The notes below the pieces were generated by a model, which was not told where the DNA came from, made no database searches, and saw only the letters and a program-made list of their open reading frames with translations. A stretch of 54,197 nt of DNA from a virus (Duplodnaviria > Caudoviricetes): the IMG/VR virus record IMGVR_UViG_3300010160_000057, positions 1 to 54,197 of that record; one strand, given 5' to 3'. Position numbers and translations under genes: made by a program. This document shows, in pieces, positions 1-5,385 of this stretch (the first letter of the stretch is position 1; every line of letters begins with the position of its first letter).

Positions 1-111
1 AACTTCCCTGACGGACATATAATTACAAAAGAGAGTTGGGATAATGCTGACAAGATAACCCAAGACGGATTTGTGTATGTGAAGTTTAACGACTTAAGTT
101 TTTATAAATGA
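1..111 (+). CDS. partial hypothetical protein (3' end only)
   Basis: Frame 1 is open from the window start (NFPDGHII...LSFYK) to TGA at 109-111, which overlaps the next ATG. Confidence 0.5.
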   Translation, partial: NFPDGHIITKESWDNADKITQDGFVYVKFNDLSFYK

Positions 112-197
112 GATATAAAATATACGGATTTTTAATGTGGTGTTTATTTATATTTTGTATAGGAATGTCGTTAGTTTTAATATTAAATTTATGTTAA
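108..197 (+). CDS. small membrane peptide (29 aa)
   Basis: Read manually: MRYKIYGFLMWCLFIFCIGMSLVLILNLC; ATGA coupling to the upstream gene; one hydrophobic helix. Confidence 0.4.
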   Translation: MRYKIYGFLMWCLFIFCIGMSLVLILNLC

Positions 198-225
198 AAA
201 TGTATTGTATGTAAAAGATATTTAT

Positions 226-233
226 TATCTTTG
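226..233 (+). promoter_or_regulatory. Bacteroidota-type -7 promoter element (TATCTTTG)
   Basis: Matches TAnnTTTG, with TTG 18 nt upstream (205-207); precedes the replication operon. Confidence 0.7.
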
Positions 234-259
234 TACTTTAATTAATCAAATCAAATCAA

Positions 260-562
260 ATGAAATCAGATGTATTTAATCAATATGTTGACCGAGTTAC
301 AGACTTGTTCAACATTGATAGAGAAACCCTATTCTCTAAACTAAAACAAAGACATATAGTAGATGCAAGACAATTACTTTACTACTTATGTTTCAACAGA
401 CAAATGCAATTAGTTATTATCAAAAAGTTTATGAATGATAATGGCTATAACATTGCTCACAATTCAATCATTAATGGAATTAACGTAGTCGACCAAAAGA
501 TTAAGGAAGACAAAGATTATCAATCAATCGTTAAGGATATTGACAAAGCAGTATTTATTTAA
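260..562 (+). CDS. DnaA C-terminal (domain IV)-like HTH DNA-binding protein
   Basis: IVDARQLLYYLC...HNSIING resembles the Bac_DnaA_C motif (V.ARQIAMYL...DHTTV). Confidence 0.65.
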   Translation: MKSDVFNQYVDRVTDLFNIDRETLFSKLKQRHIVDARQLLYYLCFNRQMQLVIIKKFMNDNGYNIAHNSIINGINVVDQKIKEDKDYQSIVKDIDKAVFI

Positions 563-582
563 TCAAATCAAATCAAATCAAA

Positions 583-1221
583 ATGGAAAACACATTTGAA
601 AAATTGTCGGCTATAAACGTGAACGACAAAGTAGAAAAGAAAAGTAATTTAACTTATTTAAGTTGGGCGTGGGCGTGGTCAGAAACTAAGAAGGCTTTCC
701 CTGATGCTTCTTATCAAATTAAAGGAGACCCTATTACTCAAAAACCATACTTCTATGATGAAAATCTTGGATATATGGTAATGACAGAGGTAACAATTAA
801 TGGTGAGACATTAGAAATGTGGTTACCCGTAATGGACGGAGCCAACAAAGCAATGTTAGCTCAATCATATACCTATTCAACAAGATACGGAGAGAAGACT
901 GTTGAGGCTGCCTCAATGTTTGACATCAACAAAACATTAATGAGATGCTTAGTTAAGAACTTAGCTATGTTTGGATTGGGTATTTATATCTATGCCGGTG
1001 AAGACTTACCTGAAGGAGAGACTACTAAAGTAGTGGCACCCGTGAAACAAGAGCCCGTATTGGAAGACCTAAAGAAAGGTACTGACAATTGGAACAATGT
1101 AATCAAATATGTTACAGCCAACAAGGAATTGGGTATGGAGAAAATTGGTCAACAATTAAATCGTAAATACAAAATCAGTCCGGCATTGAAGAAAGAAATT
1201 GCTAACGTATTAAGTGTATAG
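583..1221 (+). CDS. Sak/Rad52-like single-strand annealing protein (DUF1071-like)
   Basis: LTYLSWAWAW, MWLPVMD and DINKTLMRCLVKNLAMFGLGIYIYAGEDLP motifs typical of Sak proteins. Confidence 0.85.
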   Translation: MENTFEKLSAINVNDKVEKKSNLTYLSWAWAWSETKKAFPDASYQIKGDPITQKPYFYDENLGYMVMTEVTINGETLEMWLPVMDGANKAMLAQSYTYSTRYGEKTVEAASMFDINKTLMRCLVKNLAMFGLGIYIYAGEDLPEGETTKVVAPVKQEPVLEDLKKGTDNWNNVIKYVTANKELGMEKIGQQLNRKYKISPALKKEIANVLSV

Positions 1222-1222
1222 T

Positions 1223-1969
1223 ATGGCAGTAGTAAACGCACACATACTTGAATTACTTCGTGATGATAACGAATACTATGGTGGTATTGGTAAGAACTAT
1301 TTATCTAATTCAGATATAGGAACCTTATTAGAGAACCCAAAAGAATTTCGTACACCACGTGAGGACAACAAAGCCTTTGCAGAAGGCAGATACTTTCACC
1401 AATCAATTCTTGAACCTGAGAAGATTAAGGATGTAAAATTTGTTGATGTAACTACTCGTACTACAAAAGAGTACAAGGAGTTTTGCAAAGACAATAACCT
1501 ACCATTTTGTTTATTAAAGAAAGAGATTGACGATGTAAAGAACTTGGTGAAGATTATCAATGGTAACATTGCTTTCTTTGAGGACATATACAGAGACGGG
1601 AACCAATACGAGATACCGGCTATTGGAGAGATACAAGGCATGATGTGGAAGGGTAAGGCTGACATTATAACTAATGAGCACGTGATTGACCTTAAAACCA
1701 CGAGTGATATTCAGAAATTCAAATGGAACGCTAAAAGGTACAACTACGACTCACAATGTTACATATACCAAATACTATTTGGTAAACCTTTAGTGTTCTA
1801 TGTGATTGACAAGGTAACGGGTATCCTTGCGATATTCAAACCTACTGAGGAGTTTGTTAAGGGTGGTGAGTTAAAGGTAGCACGTGCAGTTGATATGTAT
1901 CAAAGATACTTCTCAGAGAACCCAACAGATAGTATTGACAACTATTATATAGACGAGTTCTTATATTAA
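1223..1969 (+). CDS. PD-(D/E)XK exonuclease (RecE/ExoVIII-like, DUF3799-like)
   Basis: LSNSDI, G..FH..ILEP, KGKADI, IDLKTT and Y..Q..IY motifs; start moved to the ATG at 1223. Confidence 0.8.
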   Translation: MAVVNAHILELLRDDNEYYGGIGKNYLSNSDIGTLLENPKEFRTPREDNKAFAEGRYFHQSILEPEKIKDVKFVDVTTRTTKEYKEFCKDNNLPFCLLKKEIDDVKNLVKIINGNIAFFEDIYRDGNQYEIPAIGEIQGMMWKGKADIITNEHVIDLKTTSDIQKFKWNAKRYNYDSQCYIYQILFGKPLVFYVIDKVTGILAIFKPTEEFVKGGELKVARAVDMYQRYFSENPTDSIDNYYIDEFLY

Positions 1970-1990
1970 TAAAACATAAATAAAACATAA

Positions 1991-2722
1991 ATGAAATATA
2001 TGGGAAGCAAAGCAAGATTTGTTAATGAAATTTTGCCGATAATTACAAAAGATAGAAAAGAAAATCAATGGTTTGTTGATTTATTTTGTGGCGGATGTTC
2101 TATTTCTCAAGAAGTAAAAGGAAAAGTAATTGCTAATGATAAAAACAAATATTTAATAGCAATGTTTAAAGGACTTCAAGTAAATAGAAATAGACCTACG
2201 GAAATAACAAAAGATTTATACAATGTAGCAAGAGATGTTTATAATGGTAAAGAAAAATCTTTTAATCATACTATGGAAATGGATGATTTTATAGTAGGTT
2301 GGATTGGTTGGATGGGAAGCTACAACGGAAGATTTTTTGATGGTGGATATTCAGGACACAATGTAAACGGTAGAGATTATATTTGCGAGCAAATAAGAAA
2401 TACTGAAAAGCAAATTGACAAAATAAAACATATTCAATTTTTTAGCCAAGATTATTCAATGTTTGATTTTAAAGAACCTTGTATTATCTATTGTGATATT
2501 CCTTATGAAAACACAAAACAATATTCTACATCAAAAGGATTTAATCATAGTAATTTTTGGGAATGGTGTAGAGGAATGACAAAAGAAGGTCATAAAGTAT
2601 TTATTAGCGAATATAATGCTCCAAGTGATTTTACTTGTGTATGGTCAAAAAAAACAACCAACTCAATGAATACCACTAAAACATATAGACCTACTGAAAA
2701 GCTATTCGAGTATAAACCCTAA
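1991..2722 (+). CDS. DNA adenine methyltransferase (Dam/D12-class-like)
   Basis: KYMGSK, DLFCGG (motif I) and YCDIPY (motif IV, DPPY variant). Confidence 0.85.
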   Translation: MKYMGSKARFVNEILPIITKDRKENQWFVDLFCGGCSISQEVKGKVIANDKNKYLIAMFKGLQVNRNRPTEITKDLYNVARDVYNGKEKSFNHTMEMDDFIVGWIGWMGSYNGRFFDGGYSGHNVNGRDYICEQIRNTEKQIDKIKHIQFFSQDYSMFDFKEPCIIYCDIPYENTKQYSTSKGFNHSNFWEWCRGMTKEGHKVFISEYNAPSDFTCVWSKKTTNSMNTTKTYRPTEKLFEYKP

Positions 2723-2728
2723 CAATAC

Positions 2729-2782
2729 ACCAAGCATATCTTTAATCTCAGGGAGTTATGCTTGGTTCAAATAGACTGAGAT
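2729..2782 (+). ncRNA. predicted H-type RNA pseudoknot, copy 1
   Basis: P1 ACCAAGCATA(2729-38)/TATGCTTGGT(2757-66); P2 ATCTCAG(2745-51)/CTGAGAT(2776-82); covaries with copy 2. Confidence 0.65.
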
Positions 2783-2847
2783 AAACTAAAAATTATTTTA
2801 ATGGAAAATAAAACACTGATAAAATCAATTAGTGGAAAATAAAGTAA

Positions 2848-2871
2848 AAAATAAACAAATTTGTTTATTTT
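2848..2871. repeat. perfect 24-bp palindrome among three TGGAAAATAAA direct repeats
   Basis: AAAATAAACAAATTTGTTTATTTT; TGGAAAATAAA at 2802, 2833 and 2874. Confidence 0.7.
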
Positions 2872-2883
2872 AATGGAAAATAA

Positions 2884-2972
2884 AGTCGGTTGGTGTAAGT
2901 GGGAATAAATACCACCTTGGGTAGCAACTCAATTTAATTTGAGGGACAGAGGTTCGAATCCTCTACCGGCTT
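2884..2972 (+). tRNA. tRNA-like element / degenerate tRNA, anticodon not assignable
   Basis: Acceptor AGTCGGT/ACCGGCT, D arm GTGT/ATAC with GG in the loop, perfect T arm AGAGG-TTCGAAT-CCTCT; anticodon region non-canonical; no encoded CCA. Confidence 0.6.
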
Positions 2973-2980
2973 TTTAATAT

Positions 2981-3033
2981 ACCAATTACAAACTTAGCCT
3001 TAGAGGTTAGTGGTTGGTTTAATAGACTAAGGC
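2981..3033 (+). ncRNA. predicted H-type RNA pseudoknot, copy 2, in the leader of the ssb-like gene
   Basis: P1 ACCAATTAC(2981-89)/GTGGTTGGT(3010-18); P2 GCCTTAG(2997-3003)/CTAAGGC(3027-33); shares the AATAGA linker with copy 1. Confidence 0.65.
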
Positions 3034-3053
3034 GAACTAAAAAATTATTTACA

Positions 3054-3350
3054 ATGGCAGAAGAAAAAATCTTTGCAGATGGTTTCGTATTCAAACGAAA
3101 CGAAAACGCCCCTGATTTCGTAGTGGGGAGAATTTCAATTAAAGTTAATGAAGCGATTGAGTTCATTAAGAAACACGAAAAGAATGGTTGGGTTAACCTT
3201 GGGGTTAAGACAGCTCGTAGTGGTAACTACTACATTGACTTGGACACCTTCGAAGCGAATGATAGTTCGAAGAAAGAAGGTGCAGTTGACAAGTATGAAG
3301 CCAAATCAAAAGCGGTAGCTGAAGACCCGGCAGACGATTTGCCTTTCTAA
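3054..3350 (+). CDS. putative single-stranded DNA-binding protein
   Basis: Small beta-rich protein with an acidic DDLPF C-terminal tail, in a recombination module. Confidence 0.65.
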   Translation: MAEEKIFADGFVFKRNENAPDFVVGRISIKVNEAIEFIKKHEKNGWVNLGVKTARSGNYYIDLDTFEANDSSKKEGAVDKYEAKSKAVAEDPADDLPF

Positions 3351-3371
3351 CCAATTGATTAGCAATAAGAT

Positions 3372-3398
3372 AGGGGAACTAACACTTCCCCTTTTTTT
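3372..3398 (+). terminator. intrinsic terminator
   Basis: AGGGGAA-ctaacac-TTCCCCT hairpin followed by a T run. Confidence 0.8.
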
Positions 3399-3410
3399 AC
3401 CAACGCTCCG

Positions 3411-3570
3411 TGTCGATATTGCTAATTAGGTACCCCCTATTACTTCTATATGTAATATATATATAATATTTTTTTTATTACTATATTTTGAAGTTAAAAT
3501 TGACATAAACGACAGAAGTATTGATTATCAACAACTTAGATTAAATAAAACGACATAAAAACGACATAAA
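3411..3570. promoter_or_regulatory. origin-like element A (CGACA iterons, TA-rich core, IHF consensus)
   Basis: TGTCG 3411; (TA)n 3446-67; TGACA 3501; CGACA 3510, 3551, 3562; TATCAACAACTTA 3526-38 matches WATCAANNNNTTR. Confidence 0.55.
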
Positions 3571-3685
3571 GATAATAAACCTATATAGTTTATTATATAA
3601 TAATAGGTTTATTATATTTAAAATCAATAGATTATGTAACAAATTTAGTGTATAATTGTTACAAAACTATATAATAAATAAGATT

Positions 3686-3940
3686 ATGAAACAATCAGCA
3701 GTAGAATTTCAAACAGAACAAATTGGAATATTAGTATCAAAACTTTTTAATGATGAAATATCTAAAGCAGAATTTCACTTTACAAGATTTGAAATATGTG
3801 ACCAAGCAAAAGAAATGGAGAAGCAACAGATTATTGATGCTTATGGTGTAAAAGTAAAACATATGATTGAACAAGGTGCAATAGTTTATATTAACACATT
3901 TGGAGAAGAATATTATAACAAAAACTTTAAAAACAAATAA
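3686..3940 (+). CDS. cassette protein 1 (MKQSAVEF...EMEKQQIIDA...FKNK family)
   Basis: Starts at the repeat ATG, ends FKNK*; paralog of 4464..4682. Confidence 0.75.
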   Translation: MKQSAVEFQTEQIGILVSKLFNDEISKAEFHFTRFEICDQAKEMEKQQIIDAYGVKVKHMIEQGAIVYINTFGEEYYNKNFKNK

Positions 3941-3944
3941 GATT

Positions 3945-4094
3945 ATGAAAGATATTTTAAAAAAGTTTATGAATGAATATAAACATTTACAGAAGTTTTA
4001 CAAAACTAAAAAAGAATTTAAACAACATTTATTATCAGGAGAAGTAAAAATTAGTATTCCTGATATGATTAATTTAAAAAAAATAAGATTATGA
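3945..4094 (+). CDS. cassette protein 2, basic hypothetical
   Basis: Starts at the repeat ATG; reads the 1-nt-shorter downstream repeat in another frame (LKKIRL*). Confidence 0.6.
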   Translation: MKDILKKFMNEYKHLQKFYKTKKEFKQHLLSGEVKISIPDMINLKKIRL

Positions 4095-4459
4095 TAATAA
4101 TAGAAGATAATAAATATCCTATCGGTAGATATGCTCCGGGGAATTATATGTGTAATTGTTCTACTTGTAAAACACAGTTTCAAGGTGATAAAAGAGCAGT
4201 TCAATGTGAACCTTGTGCAATAAAAATGACAAAAGAAGAACCTAAAAAAGAATATAACTACATTGGCGAATGTAAAGGCAACAATGGAAATGGTTGTTTT
4301 ATGGATAGTTGTGGACACGATTGTGGGTGCTTTATTATACAAGAAAGAAGTTATAGTGAGGAAGAAGTATTAGAAATTCTTTATAAACATACAGAAGATT
4401 TGTTAGCAGGTAAAAAGTTAACTTTAGAAGAATGGTTTGAACTATTTAAAAACAAATAA
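4091..4459 (+). CDS. cassette protein 3, Cys-rich chimeric hypothetical
   Basis: CxCxxC...CxxC, a second Cys cluster, then the QERSYSEE...WFELFKNK module. Confidence 0.75.
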   Translation: MIIIEDNKYPIGRYAPGNYMCNCSTCKTQFQGDKRAVQCEPCAIKMTKEEPKKEYNYIGECKGNNGNGCFMDSCGHDCGCFIIQERSYSEEEVLEILYKHTEDLLAGKKLTLEEWFELFKNK

Positions 4460-4463
4460 GATT

Positions 4464-4682
4464 ATGAAACCAACAGCAGTAGAATTTGCAGTAGAGCAAT
4501 TAGAACAATTAATTCCATTTGGACATAAATTGGCAGTTAGAATTATTCTTGAACAAGCCCTAGAAATGGAAAAGCAACAGATTATTGATGCTTGGGAAAA
4601 TGGAGCTTATGGTGGCGGACAATTTACAACTATATTTTATAATTCAGAACAATACTACAAAGAAACATTTAAAAACAAATAA
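4464..4682 (+). CDS. cassette protein 4 (MKPTAVEF...EMEKQQIIDA...FKNK)
   Basis: Starts at the repeat ATG; paralog of cassette 1. Confidence 0.75.
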   Translation: MKPTAVEFAVEQLEQLIPFGHKLAVRIILEQALEMEKQQIIDAWENGAYGGGQFTTIFYNSEQYYKETFKNK

Positions 4683-4683
4683 A

Positions 4684-4833
4684 ATGAAAAAATTAATAAT
4701 TCTAATTTTAGAATACAAATTACATAGAGCAACTAACGCTGCTAAAAGAGAAAAAAATCCAATTGCAAAAATATCAAAACTATTTAAAGTTAGCGATTTA
4801 CAGGAAAAATTATTAGACCTTAAAAACAAATAA
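4684..4833 (+). CDS. cassette protein 5, hypothetical
   Basis: MKKLIIL...DLKNK*; bounded by repeat copies. Confidence 0.65.
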   Translation: MKKLIILILEYKLHRATNAAKREKNPIAKISKLFKVSDLQEKLLDLKNK

Positions 4834-4837
4834 GATT

Positions 4838-5059
4838 ATGGAAACACTTGAAGAAGCAGCTGAAAATTATAATTTGAATACTATTAATGCTTTTGGTGAT
4901 TATGAATCATTTATAGCAGGTGCTAAATGGCAACAAGAAAGAAGTTATAGCGAGGAAGATATGAGAGACGCATATTGCAATGGCGCACTTGGATTAGAAT
5001 ATAAAAAAAGCTTTAATGAAAGTTTTAATAAATGGTTTGAACAATTTAAAAAGAAATAA
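4838..5059 (+). CDS. cassette protein 6 (METLEEAAE...GAKWQQERSYSEE...FKKK)
   Basis: Bounded by repeats; shares its C-terminal module with cassette 3. Confidence 0.75.
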   Translation: METLEEAAENYNLNTINAFGDYESFIAGAKWQQERSYSEEDMRDAYCNGALGLEYKKSFNESFNKWFEQFKKK

Positions 5060-5063
5060 GATT

Positions 5064-5345
5064 ATGAAACAAATAAAAAAATCAAAAATGAAAAGAGTGC
5101 TTACAACAATATTAGTTGGAGTATTATTATTTAGTTGTACACCTTCAGAGTCAACACCTCCTACAAATACAACAGATTGTGATTGTGGTGTAGTTGTTCA
5201 AAGTATGTCTTATAACATACCTGACAATCAAGGAGGAGTGATTACACAATCAACAATTATAGTAAGAAATAATTGTACACAACTTACTAAAACAGTAAGT
5301 GGCATATCAGGAATAGTAACAACAGGTTCACAATGGTGTCGATAA
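5064..5345 (+). CDS. cassette protein 7, predicted lipoprotein
   Basis: MKRVLTTILVGVLLFSC signal peptide II/lipobox (alternative start at 5088); CDCG...C...C body. Confidence 0.7.
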   Translation: MKQIKKSKMKRVLTTILVGVLLFSCTPSESTPPTNTTDCDCGVVVQSMSYNIPDNQGGVITQSTIIVRNNCTQLTKTVSGISGIVTTGSQWCR

Positions 5346-5349
5346 GATT

Positions 5350-5382
5350 ATGAGTATAATAGAAAAATTTAAAAACAAATAA
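5350..5382 (+). CDS. 10-codon minimal cassette MSIIEKFKNK
   Basis: ATG comes from repeat copy 5343, FKNK* from copy 5368. Confidence 0.4.
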   Translation: MSIIEKFKNK

Positions 5383-5385
5383 GAT

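Noticed and set aside
2714-2782. CCC-TAA at the methyltransferase end followed by a pseudoknot, suggesting +1 frameshift or readthrough
   Set aside because: Both the +1 and the readthrough frames stop within about 20 codons, and pseudoknot copy 2 does not follow any gene stop; a 5' leader role fits both copies better
2981-3033. Possible HDV-like (theta) ribozyme next to a tRNA
   Set aside because: Only 5-6 nt separate the P2 5' strand from the P1 3' strand, leaving no room for the required P3/L3 hairpin
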